A stretch of 56,890 nucleotides of DNA from Hydrurus foetidus. Its lineage: Eukaryota. The stretch lies in assembly GCA_900617105.1 (NCBI GenBank), contig UYFQ01000244.1:1-56890 (forward strand), given 5' to 3'. The notes under the pieces were generated by a model. The model saw only the letters and a list, made by a program, of their open reading frames with translations, was not told where the DNA came from and searched no databases. A program made the translations under genes and the position numbers. Every line of letters begins with the position of its first letter. Position 1 is the first letter of the stretch. Shown piece by piece: positions 1-13,200 of the stretch.

Positions 1-121
1 AAGGTGACAAAATGCAATATTTATTGGTCGAAACGCCAAACACACCCTAAATCATTCTCTTCAATTTCGTTCCCCTTATCACAATTCATTCCAAACACTT
101 GTTAGATACCACCTATTCAGA

Positions 122-1019
122 ATGAGCCAATCTGCCTCAAGCACCACCTTCGATGATGACAATCTCATCATCAAACACGATCTTACTGGCGATTTTGAAG
201 ACAAAGAAGGATCAAGTATTCAATCCGATATGGTTGAGGTCATTGACGTTGCGAGTCCATCTACCAAGAGCAACAAAAGGTCATCCCTTTTGACGAGTAT
301 TATTCACGATGCTTCATCGTCGAATTTCTCGAGCCTCCCACCGATGCCAAGATTAAAACAGAAACGATTGGCGTTTTCATCACAAAGAAAGTGTTCAACA
401 TCGAAACATACGACCCTCTGGGCACCAAAAGGATTGTCACAGCATGGGAGGATCATGCAGTTAAACTTTACCGTTGGTTCTTGTAAGTATCACTATAATC
501 AATACTGTTATTTTAACGTCCAACAATCTTATACTTGTATGAATATTGTTCTTATTAGTAAAAATTGGAATGGACCCGAGACCGTTTTCATGTGGCCATG
601 TAGTTTGTCACTGTCCACAGTCGGAAGTGACAATTTCATTTCTACGGATGCATCAAGCTTTCTGCAGGTAAGACTTGTTTAATCTCAAATAATATGCTAA
701 TACATAGTAACAAAAAATACATTACATTTGATAGTTTACTTTCCACGAAGCGACACCTCAGCAAAACGCCTTTCACACTTGTGCCAACGCGTGCGGATTA
801 ACAACAATCGTCCCAAATCGAAAAGCTAGTCAGTTGGTGTTGCACCCTAATGCCTTACCAAGTGTGATGGAATGGCCATATAACATGAACTTCAAGGTCT
901 CGGGTAAATTAATCAAAAAACCAACGAAATGGAATACTACGCCCACAAAAGCATCACCTCATGTTGATTACGACTTTGACACACTTAGTCCCGTCAAGAA
1001 ATTCAAATTTACGAAATAA
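122..1019 (+). CDS. Putative 3-exon OB-fold (RPA/SSB-like) protein, with one apparent frameshift near 250
   Basis: GT-AG introns at 483-558 and 668-734 join an alternative frame (open ~247-482) to 559-667 and 735-1019. The product reads ...KKVFNIETYDPLGTKRIVTAWEDHAVKLYRWFFKNW..., resembling the OB-fold 'D-x-x-G...v-t-x-W...A' pattern. One missing base near 253 is needed to link it to ATG 122. Confidence 0.4.
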
Positions 1020-3154
1020 ATGTTCTTCTATTGCATTGTCAACTTCAAAAATAGCATACTTTGCTACCCTTAATATTTTACAAATATCATGGTCATTTTA
1101 TTAACATACAGGATGATATACGACTATTATTAAGTTTATAATACACACAATCATAGTTTGATTCAAAAACGTGCAATAGTTACAGTATTTAGATACTAAA
1201 GTCACACAATTTATCTGTTGGTCAAGAATAATGATTCATTTTACCAAGTCACTAATGTCGAGGATTCAGATATACCAGTAATAGTTAAGATTTGAGCAAT
1301 TGTAAGCTAACTATAATTTCCATTACAAAGAGTGAGTCTTGTACAATTGATCAGAATCGACTAAAGGAATAATTTCATATTAGATCTAATTTCTCGTATT
1401 GCATTGACAAATATTTGCAGTTATCAATAGCGAAATTAGATATATTTTACAAACAAGATTTTGGACGTAATTGCATGCTTAAGGGAATATTTGCAAGGGA
1501 TACAGCATGGCGCCTTGGAGAAAAACTGTATGAAGCATTGAATGAATATGGGAGCACTGTATGAAGCGATAAGAACATAATAGTCATTATTCCACTTGTA
1601 CGATAGGAGCGAATACTTTACAATACTAGTAATACTGTACAATAGTAATACTGTACATAACGTACGGTAATAAAAACTGAATGCGTCCCGGGACGCATCC
1701 AACATTACACGGATGTCTTACTCACCACTTACTACTATCCACGTACATATCAACAGTAATCTTCCTATCGGCTGCAACAAAATCCATCCCGTCATGCGAC
1801 GATCCTTATGCGCTAGGAGTAGAAACATTTGCAATTGTGCAATGTAAGATTCGTGATAACCGACTGGACGTAGTTCACGGACAATGATTGCCACGTTGGA
1901 GAACAACAGAGATACGTGCTCTGACTTTCCACGCTGGAGAATCATTACATGTGGATGTAATCTATAAGGAGTCAGCAATCCATCAAGATGTCCAGCGACC
2001 ATTGCATGCTTACAATCTAAAGGATAGGTTTGGTATGGAGTGATCAATATGCGATCCTGACTAGACTAAATTTGTGCAACGATTGATCCCACTAATCAAC
2101 TGTTTCTACTTATACAGGATACTGTGACATCTCGAATAGGAGAACATCGCCAGAGAGAAATCTATGCATTTTTGAATACAGAGATGTAAGTCTGCGCTAG
2201 GATTCCTCAAATACCTTTCTCTGCAATCGACTTAAATCCGACACTGACAGATCCTGATGCCTTGTTCGAAAGAAGATCACGAGTGTCAACATATATCAAG
2301 AGCTAGCTCACAAGGTACAAGGTATATAACGACTTCAATATAACACAAAGCGTGATCTAGATCAATGACCAGAACTAACGAATCCTCTAAACGATTAGGA
2401 CACAGCCAAAACGAAGAGCCTCCTCTCCGCCGCTTGTAGGAATCCAAACTTGGTACACTGTAGACCAATATAATGGTTGAACAATCATGACTAGTTTATT
2501 CTAACGCAACATTTGACAATTATGACACAGGTACACGGACGGCGGCGAATTCTACGTCTTATGACATTAAGCAACGGCAGGTTAGTTTGCCAGCATCGTG
2601 CACATGCACGATATATTTTCGAAAAAATCACTTGACAATCTGCTACACGACTAGGCACGCGAACAAGGTTACGGACAACACTCAGCTGCTGTGTTTTCCA
2701 ACGTTACGACCCGCGCTGTCACATAAAGCAAGGTAGATACATGAATAATCCATTCAGCATCGCCAATCTAATAAAATTGAACAATTAACGATACGTTACG
2801 CGAACAGGTCACTGACAAAGCAACCGACGGCCAGCACGTGTGATGTCACAAGACTCGCGATACAGTACAGCACGTTTGTATGCATTATTCCCATTGTTGT
2901 TGATATATAAGAATCTAAACGTGTAATCAATTAATAGTGCTTTCCGAATTTTTTTGACGAATACGTGAGAAATATAAGTAATATAATTAACTTCGACTAT
3001 ACATAAGAAGTTCTTTTATATGACAATATTAAAAGCTTACTCCCTAGGTCATACAAAAACACTTCAAGATCGTTCGATAAAATAAAAATTAAAATTAAAA
3101 CTAAATTATAAAAAATGAAGTTGAGGGACATTATTAGGTGACGATTAAAAGAGG

Positions 3155-3560
3155 GCATCCTATCTATACGGACGGTAGTGTGTGTACGAAATGTATTCTG
3201 TATGAATACAGAAATTGATATGATTATTGTATTCTGTACTTCAAAACACCGCGTGAATACATTATATTCGTTATCCGTATAGACAGGACGCGTCCCGAGA
3301 CGCATCCTATCTATACGGTAGTGTTTGTACGAATTGTATTCTGTATGAATACATAAATTGATATAATTATTGTATTCTGTATGAATACAGAAATTGATAT
3401 AATTATTGTATTCTGTACTTCAAAACACCGCGTGAATACATTATATTCGTTATCCGTATAGACAGGACGCGTCCCGAGACGCATCCTATCTATACGGTTG
3501 TCTGTGTACGAATCGTATTCTGTATGAATACATAAATTGATATAATTATTGTATTCTGTA
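3155..3560. repeat. Minisatellite of ~145-180-bp units with a 36-bp sub-repeat and hairpins
   Basis: Repeated gcatcctatctatacgg...gtattctgtatgaatac...caaaacaccgcgtgaatacatt...ggacgcgtcccgagacgcatcc, with hairpins at 3286-3307 and 3465-3486. Confidence 0.9.
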
Positions 3561-3719
3561 GTCATTATTCCACTTGTACGATAGGAGTGAACACATTACA
3601 ATACTAGTAATACTGTACGTAACCGTACGGTAATAAAAACTGAATGCGTCCCGGGACGCATCCAACATTACACGGATGTCTTACTCACCACTTACTACTA
3701 TCCACGTACATATCAACAG

Positions 3720-4830
3720 TAATCTTCCTATCGGCTGCAACAAAATCCATCCCGTCATGCGACGATCCTTATGCGCTAGGAGAAGAAACATTTGCAATTG
3801 TGCAATGTAAGATTCGTGATAACCGACTGGACGTAGTTCACGGACAATGATTGCCACGTGGGAGAACAACAGAGATACGTGCTCTGACCTTCCACGCTGG
3901 AGAATCATTACATGTGGATGTAATCTATAAGGAGTCAGCAATCCATCAAGATGTCCAGCGACCATTGCATGCTTACAATCCAAAGGATAGGTTTGGTATG
4001 GAGTGATCAATATGCGATCCTGACTAGACTAAATTTGTGCAACGATTGATCCCACTAATCAACTGTTTCTACTTATACAGGATACTGTGACATCTCGAAT
4101 AGGAGAACATCGCCAGAGAGAAATCTATGCATTTTTGAATACAGAGATGTAAGTCTGCGCTAGGATTCCTCAAATACCTTTCTCTGCAATCGACTTAAAT
4201 CCGACACTGACAGATCCTGATGCCTTGTTCCAATGCAGAATACGAGTGTCAACATATATCAAGAGCTAGCTCACAGGGTACAAGGTATATAACGACTTCA
4301 ATATAACACAAAGCGTGATCTAGATCAATGACCAGAACTAACGAATCTTCAAACGATTAGGACACAGCCAAAACGAAGAGCCTCCTCTCCGCCGCTTGTA
4401 GGAATCCAAACTTGGTACACTGTAGACCAATATAATTGTTGAACACTCATGACTAATTTAGTCTAACGCAACATTTACGATTATAACACAGGTACACGGG
4501 CGGCGGCGAATTCTACGTTTCCTTGATCTGTGAGCGCGCGGCAGGGAATTGAGATCCCTCACTGCCTGCTTTTCCGGAATGCCAAAAGTATCGGAAGCAT
4601 TCTTATGGATTGAACCACGCAGACTCCAGTCAAGCTCGGTGAGCCGACTCAATTTTTATCTTAACATTTGATTTACTAGCGGCTCAATAAAAACTTAACC
4701 CAACGACAGGCATTTGGAACTGCCCGAGCGGCATGGCACTATCTACTTGACGTCTCCGAAATCACCAAAGAATTTCGGGACATTCCTCATCTTTGTTTAC
4801 CTGTTGAGTTTTTAAAATTAATCATTTGAA
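3720..4830 (+). pseudogene. Possible multi-exon cargo gene or pseudogene of unknown function (3'-truncated copy at ~1757-2557)
   Basis: Regularly spaced gtaag/gtatg/gtgag donors and cag/tag acceptors flank protein-like open segments (IRALTFHAGESLHVDVIYKES; AFGTARAAWHYLLDVSEITKEF). I could not assemble one clean reading frame. Confidence 0.25.
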
Positions 4831-4948
4831 CGCAGGAATAATTATTATCACTTTTTGGACTGACCTAAACTGATCTTGGATGTTACAAATCTTAAACGCA
4901 TCCGATTGGAGAGAGCCGAGATATGCGAGATTGAACATTCATGTTTAC

Positions 4949-5026
4949 ACTGTGAGCATTAGACAAAGATAGGAAACGAATGCATGAACTGTGAGCATTA
5001 GACAAAGATAGGAAGCGAATGCATGA
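4949..5026. repeat. 39-bp tandem duplication
   Basis: actgtgagcattagacaaagataggaa(a/g)cgaatgcatga, two copies. Confidence 0.9.
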
Positions 5027-5819
5027 CAGTGCATGTTAAGTCTATTTCAGGAGGAGTGCGAGCGAGCGATGTCGAAATAAGACCGAGGCATTGTCTGTTT
5101 GTCAGCAGGCATCCTATTATGTTAAAATACAGAGCGCGTAATATTAGGTTAGTAGGCCAAAATTGTGCACATGCACGATATATATATTTTCGTAACAATC
5201 ACTTGACAATCAGCTACACGACTAGGCACGCGAACGAGGATACGGACACCACTCAGCTGCTGTGTTTCCAAAGTTTAGAAACGCGCTATCACATAAAGCA
5301 AGTAGAGACATATATATTTCATTCAGCATCGCCGATCGAATTAAAGTAAACACTTAACGATATGTTACGCGAACAGATCACTGCCAAAGCGACCAACGGC
5401 CAGCACGAAGGGATGTCACAATACTCCCGATTCAGTATAGCACGTTTGTATGCATTACTCCTCCTGTCGTTGTGAAAAAGATTCTAAACGTGTAATCAAT
5501 TAACAATAGTTTTATCCGAATTTTTGGACACATACTTGTGAGTATAAGTAATATAATTAACTTCGACAATACGTACGAGTGAATACTTTACAATACTAGT
5601 AATACTGTACGTAACCGTACGGTAATAAAAACTGAATGCGTCCCGGGACGCATCCAACATTACACGGATGTCTTACTCACCACTTACTACTATCCACGTA
5701 CATATCACCGAGTTTTTCATCCAACATACACATAAGACTGCACCGGGTCTATATTTAAATGCGACACACTCTAAACGTGTAATTTGATACACATCGATTA
5801 CATATTAAAATAATATTAT

Positions 5820-8800
5820 TTATGCCTTAAAAATAGCACGCAAACGACTATACTCAGCAGTAACTAACTTACGATCCGATCCAAAATGTGTAAAATGAAC
5901 AGGACGTAATGCATGTACAAGATATAAGCTGGATAAATCTCGGGCACGACTATGACAAACGTAGTCTATGCCACGTGTGAATGGAAAGCGTTTACTAATG
6001 TCTGTAGCTAATGTAACGCAATTACCATGCACTGTAGAACCTTGCATTTTGTGTGTAGTCGTAGCAGATGCAGGACGTAATGGCAGCTGCCACCTATGGT
6101 ATTTATTTTTGTACTTCACGAATTCATCACACATTTCCCCGAAAGGTATAACATTGTCCATCGTTGAGCAAATAGACATACCTATATTATCATCCATCTT
6201 AACTAAAACAATAGGTATTTCTTTTGCTTGACCATTCGAGTCTAAAATATCTAGACTATATTCATAGCACGTACTACTTTCGAAAACGAAACCGACAATA
6301 GTTCCTTTGGCGCCATTGAATATGCCTGTGAATAAGAATAATTAAAAGATTAAAATTTTTAAGCTAACATAAAAAAATAATTGTAATGTACCAATTTGAG
6401 TTCCAAGATTCCTAGTGCAGCTGACTCGAGAACCAACAGCAAGATCGATATAACGGGGAAGACCTTTAGGGTCGGATATTTTACAAAGTTTCTCAATATC
6501 AACAGAAGAAGGTGCTATACCAGGTGTCTTTTCGTTAGTGTGCCTTGCATATATCCGAAAACATCTCACACCATCTGCTCGTTTCGCTTCAAAATCTTCT
6601 TTATTGAGCCTATTAACATCGTCATTACAGTGAGCGATCCATACAGCATTCGGACCGGCAAGCCGTTTGGCCGCATCTTCACTTGCCATTAAACGCTCAT
6701 TGATAATATGTAACAGATTTAGGTCAACTTTACCAATCCTTGCACCGCTCAGAAAAAGATTCATATGTGGAGTTGCATCATTTCTATAACGGGTATTTTC
6801 GGTCAACTCTACGTACTCATTCAGACTAAGCCATATATCACGTCCTTTCTGAGAATATATGTTGTCAGCACGATCTGAATATATAGGCTGCCCAAATACA
6901 GGTTTCAACTGATAAAAATCGCCTGTAAATAATATATGAGTCTCCCCGAAATGTAAACATTCTTTATTCGTCCTTTCTAATTCATCTGTAATAACTGTAC
7001 CCATAGACTTAGAATGTCTCAAACTAATTTCATATAATGTAGCGAGATCGATCATGGATATTTCATCAATGATTATTAACTTAACGCCACTTAACTTAGC
7101 ACCTACAGCTTGAGCACACGGAGCTGACATGATATCGCCTTTACTGAAATCAGTTTTACCGTACCCTTTTCCGTATACAGACTGCCATGTGTATCCTTTT
7201 ATAACGTTTGCCGCAGAACCGGTGGGTGCAACAGCAACCGCAGACCCATATATTCCTTTCTGTTTACCATGATATAGATTCGTAAACTCCATAATTAAGG
7301 ATATCAAGAATGATTTGCCAGTTCCACCCTCACCGGAAACGAACATTTTCATCTGTTTACTATTCGCACCACTAATATAACCAACGGCTATGTTATATGC
7401 CTCAAGTTGTTTCTGGGTAAGTAACTTCACATTGGCTAATAATAACTGTAGTCGAATATTATAGTTCTCGACAGGTATATTATTTCTAGGAATATCAAAT
7501 ACGGAATCACTCTCGACAGATACATTGATTTGATTTCGTATAGACATATTGTTCATATGTATTTTTTGTTGATTATGTACGAACTTCATTAAATACGATT
7601 TGGATAATGTACATACGTTCGTAAGTACACCATTATTACTCGTAAGGTCCACAGCGACAATGTTAATTTCGGTTTCATTTGTATCCATATTAGTGTTATA
7701 GCCATGAAATAGTTCTTCAGTATCAGAATCTGTACCCTCATTTGCTTCAATCCGTTCACTATTACATATAATACCGACATTCTTTCGTATAATGTCAGAG
7801 TTTTGGAACTTCTCCAATGTACACTTAACATATTCAGGAAATAAATTTTGTTCGAGTACAATAGCATAGAATTGTGTGGCAGATAGACCAATCGGTATCA
7901 CACAAGACTCACCACCAAGCGGCCAAGGGAGATGCATTAATATATTGGAAAAACACGATACTTCGTCACAGTGATTAATCGGGACGTAAGGACACAAGTT
8001 GACCACAGTATCTTTACGAAGTCTTGTATATATCATTCCATTTATAATGAATTTATTTGTGCCAACGGAATTTATAATAATTCCATACTTATCAAGAGTT
8101 AATAATGGTGGACATTTGACCTTCGATTTATTTTTGGTCCGATCGACACTTATAGTATAGGATGTCAGGAGGGAATAGTATGTTACGAAACAGACCCCAT
8201 TAAAATCCGTCCTCTGTTGCAGTGCAAGAACCTCATAGGCATTTCGTCTACCCAAATTAGAATTAGGGCCACACTCGATAGCAGAATCAGTATCCGCCAA
8301 TTTACGTATACATTCAGGTCGGGTCTTTAGGCTACGAACAATTGAATCGCCTGATGACAAAATTACCAAGTAAAAAGATAATTAGGAATATTCGATTGAC
8401 TTGATAAGTTCATAACATACATGAGTGTTATACTTACGATGTAATGAATTCACGTTTAGCACTCTTCGCGATGAAGTCACAAAGTTAAGTCCCAACAGGC
8501 TATAACAGGCCTGTACAGAACCAACAGGACTACTACCTAATAAGGCGCATCCTACAGAATATAAACGGTCTCGATCCGAAATATTTGACGCATTATTCGT
8601 AAGATATGCAATCTTCTTATTAAATATATTCGTCATGACCTTTTTATCAGGTTCTTCGCACTTAGAAGCATATGATGCAACATATTCTGCAGCACCAACA
8701 GTATTCCCGATATATTGAAGATCATGATTACCCCCATGAGCAATAGCTATTAATGGATTAATACATGTCCCATTTAGGTGTGCATTATTTCTCTGAGGTT

Positions 8801-11800
8801 GTACTGAAATACGTACACGACTCTTTTTATCACGGTCCTTGACAATAAGTGGACTGAACATACAACCCTGAGAAGTCCATGGGAACCCAAACCGACATAC
8901 TTTGTCGTGTCTATGGCAATACTTGAAGCATGTAAAGCAACATCTATGAAACTGATTGGCAATTTGCAAAGACCGGTATTGATTTTGTACACGATCATCA
9001 TAAAAATCTCCATTACACAGCCTCTCATAATCCCAAGATGGATCGAAACACGCACGACATGGATTCTCAGCATCTGTAAAGTATTCTTTACTAGGATTCC
9101 ATTCATAATGTGACTCATCTACGTCGTCGTCTAATACTAAGGGAGCGGACTCTTCGGAGGTACATGAAGCTCGAACGAAATTGGCAGATACCACACTCTT
9201 GACATATGATTTAACTTTGTTTTGCTCAGATTCTAAATCACTTTCAACAGAGCAATTGTCAATACCGTCCCGATTTGATATGCATATTAAGCTATGAACA
9301 TGCGGTGTACCACGTGCCTGGAACTACACATGAAAATGAAAATGAAAGTGCAATGAAAATGAAAATGAAAATGTAAATGAAAATGACAGAATGACAAAAT
9401 AGAAATGGACTAGAAAAGGTTGAATGAGAACATGCAACGTCTAAAGTACAGAACATTGCCATACCTCAACTCTACGCCAGAAATCTGTAATGAGACCAAA
9501 CGGTCGTGATTTGCCCAGTATAACATGTTGCCACAAACAACTCTGTTTGCTATCATATAACCGTGCCATCGTAGCAGGATGTTTCCTTAATAGACATAGC
9601 CGATCAGCTAGTGCAAGTTTACGAGTCTGACATATGTAAGTGGGTAGTGATTACATACCGAACAAATGATAGATAAGAATTAATTAACATACCTCTTCGG
9701 CGCGGATACCCCAGGAATCAATAGAACTTTGAGTGATAGGACTCCCAACAACATCATAGAACCGACTATCGTAAAGATCAGCAGGAGCCGTAGTAAAGAA
9801 TAAACGCCAGGAACCATAATTACAGATGATGGGTGAGGGGATCATGGCCATCAATTTCCCCCTTTCATAAGCAATTTGTGAACTAGACCCTTGTAAGGAC
9901 TTAGAATACGGAATAAGACGTTTAATCAACTTTTCGATTTCGTTAACACGACTTATACTTTCACCATTCCGCAAGGAGTCAACCATCACATTCCCACCTT
10001 CAGAACAATTGACGTGCGGTACATCGAGATACGACAGTAATTCGTTAATATCTTTGATATTGGGAGACTCATCGATAACTTGTTCATCATATTCTTTCCT
10101 TTGAGCTAGATAAGCGACACCCCCTAATTTCCGTCTCATTTCCATGGTATACATAGTGAATATAAATTTTGCATTTTGCTGGAAACGTCGGGGGTCAGGA
10201 CCACCACCAAGGCATAACATATGTTTGATATAGTTGGCCATGGAAATAACATTACAATTGGGATCACTTGGGCATCCACGTCCATATGGAAAAATGGTCG
10301 GAAAGCATCGCGGAAGATAATACTCTGGATTTTTATATTGACACACAAATTGATGAACGGACGTACGCTGATAGGACTTGCTATTAGGTTCAACCAACGC
10401 ATTACGAATATCCTCGAGCAACGAGACCAGTGTACAAGGCGCTTCCAATAGCACCACATGCTCCTGTCCACTTGAAGCTAAAATATAGACAATAAATCAT
10501 ATGGATAAGTGCATATCGCGAATGTAATAGATTAGTGACATATGTATTATACCTGGATTACATGCAGGTGTATCACCAGGTACCGGAATTACATTTAATA
10601 CTTCATCAATCTCGTATTCCTCCTCATCAGTTACGTCAATGTAAGGAATATCAACACACTCCTCATTATTAGCCCAGTCGATAATTTCAGCCGACCATTT
10701 GAGCTTAACATGCTCATAAAGATGATTATTTCGTTTCAACCAATTCAACGCACCATATACACGGTTAGGACGATATGTGTAATCTTTCGATAGTCTCGTA
10801 TTGACATGTCGTAATACAGACGTACAGTCAGCCGTAGGCATCCGTGGTAACTCACTAGCGACGCTTGCCAAATCGTTAATAATAGTGTAAGAAGTCGAGC
10901 CACGGACTTTGTAATGTTTCCCGCCAGCCAAAGTTATACTGGTAACGGCACTATAGATATTGATCATACTCTCCTCGACGGATGTAAGATTTCTTAACTC
11001 ATCGGGAATAGATCCACAGAATAGTCCCTTAAATAGACAATGCTTGGGGCAAATAGGACCGCTACCCACATCATCTATACTCTGCTCATCAGATGAGTCC
11101 AGATGTTCAGATACCACACTATAACTCGTAAGAGGCGACTCCTTTTTGATCGGCTTATTTAAAAGTAATTGTCGATAACACACACGACATATGCTATCAA
11201 CCCCACGTATAAGCCCATCCTTAAAGTACGCATTAAGCTCCGATATGAACACAGCATCAAACCTGGAACACGCACGTTCAGGATTAACCACTGCATCAAA
11301 CTTAGCCGCGATCCCAGACATTTCAATCAGATCGCTGATATCAGAAACTAAAACACACCCAGCGCGACTGCCTTCATGCCCACATATCGCACATACAATG
11401 TATTTCGTTAGACTATCAAAAGCCGTAGAATACGCAGCTGCATCGACGGCGCTATCGGAACACCCACGATTATAGAGTTCAGGCGGAGAGTAACCCCGCG
11501 AACGTTTACCTTCGCCATAGTACTGGAACGGTTTTGCCACAGCAAGATAACGTCTTGTCGCATTTAATGCACGCTGGCGGTAATCGACTTTACGTTGAGC
11601 AGATAATGTTTCGATCCGTATTTGTGGCTTCCTACCTCGTCGAGTTTCGATAATAGATTGGTAAAAGACTCTTCGTCTCTTCGCAGAACCAATGGAGTCA
11701 ATTGACGAAACGCCGACATTACGGCAACCAACATCGTCTGAGGCCACGAAACTGGCTAGATAACGCGGCCCGAAAGTCGCATCGATGATGCTATCGTAAT

Positions 11801-12257
11801 GATTGTTACCACTATATAGTAAAAGACAATCATTATCACGATTGCGAGCAGGCAATGATGTGGCAAAAGTTGTCATCCACTCCATTCTGCAGCTGCTAGA
11901 ATAAGGTCTGAATACGTAGATATCCACAGGAAACAAATGTACGAAGCACGCGAGCTCGATGACACCTCCCCATGACGAAGGTTTCGACATATACGTAACG
12001 TAGCGTTCGACAGTTGTATGCTCGAATGCAATACACTCCTCAACAGAATATAATGACCCAGGTCCGAGATATAAAATCGTTGAACGATTAGACAATATAA
12101 ACGTGTTGATCGCCGCTCGCAACATGGCTGCAGTATAAGATGATGTTACGGACATCCGATTCAGAAAGAAACATAACGAATGAAACATGCAACTGGAATC
12201 ACCAGGCTGCCGAACCACGTTGCCATCAAGGAGATCACCAACATTACTTGCTTCCAT
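5820..12257 (-). CDS. Helitron RepHel transposase with N-terminal OTU protease domain; exons 12257-10553, 10477-9693, 9626-9465, 9323-8438, 8350-6392, 6325-5820 (~2000 aa)
   Basis: Five GT-AG introns give a continuous 6003-nt frame. Motifs: OTU (GDSSCMFHSL, WGG..EL, NNHYD); DUF6570-like (IPDELRNLT...ALNWLKRNNHLY); HUH (VEFQARGTPHVH); Y2 (EYVASYASK); Pif1 (GEGGTGKS, IIDEISM, GDFYQLKPV, NGAKG, QLPL..A..TTHKMQG, YVCHSR). Confidence 0.93.
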
Positions 12258-13200
12258 TCGACAGCTTTGATGAGTTCAATGTGTCATCGTGTTGTGTACT
12301 GTGACGGTGGTTCGCGCGAATGTAGCGACGGCGCGAATGTCGCGAACTGAACAGACACGTAACAAACATGAAAATTGAACCTGAAAAAACGAAAAACCTG
12401 AATTCGCCGTCAAAACACAGGAGAGCATGGTCTCCGTGACACGAAAAACGGGTGAAGTTATCTGTTTTCTATATAAAGGTGGAACCACCATACGGTTAAT
12501 CCCCCAATACTCTGATGTACTTACAGCACTTGAAACTTGCGGGTGACATGTTGGTGCTGCCGAGAAGTTATTAGAATCTCGATTGTGCAGTTTGTCGGTA
12601 TAGAACCTACTGGTGGTAAATTTTCTCGAGAATAACATGTTTGGTGCGTATGTCAGCATATCTTGTTCTCGTCAACTGGTGCTTCTGGTACTGGACAGGT
12701 GTACTGCTGTACTGGGTAGGTATAATCGGCGCAATTTAGCGGAATGAAGCTTTAAGTTACGGGCGCTGCTAAGGGTAATCTGTATTACAGTCTTCACCTG
12801 TTCTATCAGCAAAAGAAATAGCGGGATATCAAAGGTTCCGTGCGTTTCAAAGCAGCTGAACACGACTAACTCCTTGTCAGCACGTCATCGCTCCATGTGC
12901 CGCATTGTGCGATTACAAAACATTTTCTGAACTGAACTTTAGTTCTAGTAATAGCAAAAGAAAATAAGGTAGAATGCAGAGTCATAAGCCTAGGATAAAC
13001 ACCGAGTTACAAGGATGTGTATGATTTCAGATCACTCAAACGGCACCTTGCAAGGTGAACAATATGCAGCACCTTCATTGGCTAGAGCTAACAAATTGGA
13101 AATACAGTGCTATGATAAGATGAAAGCCTTCATATGCTGAGATTTCAATCATTTCACCATGCTGAGAAATTTACCTCTACATCAATTAGACGGATCGAAC

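Larger units (their letters stand above)
1581..5707. repeat. Modular ~2-kb direct duplication: A 1581-2557, B 2579-2997, A' 3559-4518, B' 5146-5567, partial A'' 5577-5707
   Basis: A and A' are near-identical (ORF pairs 1681/3644 and 1718/3681 differ by only 1-2 aa). B and B' are visibly more diverged. Confidence 0.92.
1..12478 (-). mobile_element. Helitron-family rolling-circle transposon (Helentron/Helitron2-like); boundaries uncertain, left end probably outside the window
   Basis: Contains the RepHel gene (5820-12257). The AT-rich composition and short introns continue left to position 1. The right limit is only a guess from the TTTATATAGAAAAC motif (minus strand) near 12478. Confidence 0.6.

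Noticed and set aside
1885..4533. Alternative genetic code (TGA read as sense)
   Set aside because: The ATP-grasp gene and the Gypsy pol end in TGA, and the long ORFs contain no in-frame TGA.
1581..5707. CRISPR-like array (recurring palindromes)
   Set aside because: The intervals are long, irregular and mutually homologous rather than unique ~30-bp spacers. No cas genes; eukaryotic context.
1..5800. Fanzor/TnpB cargo, as known for some Helitron2 elements
   Set aside because: I found no RuvC-like motifs or long basic ORF in the listed frames.
12276..12863. ORFs 12276-12659 and 12672-12863 as extra Helitron exons
   Set aside because: No motifs; RepHel already has an in-frame ATG at 12257, preceded by a stop.
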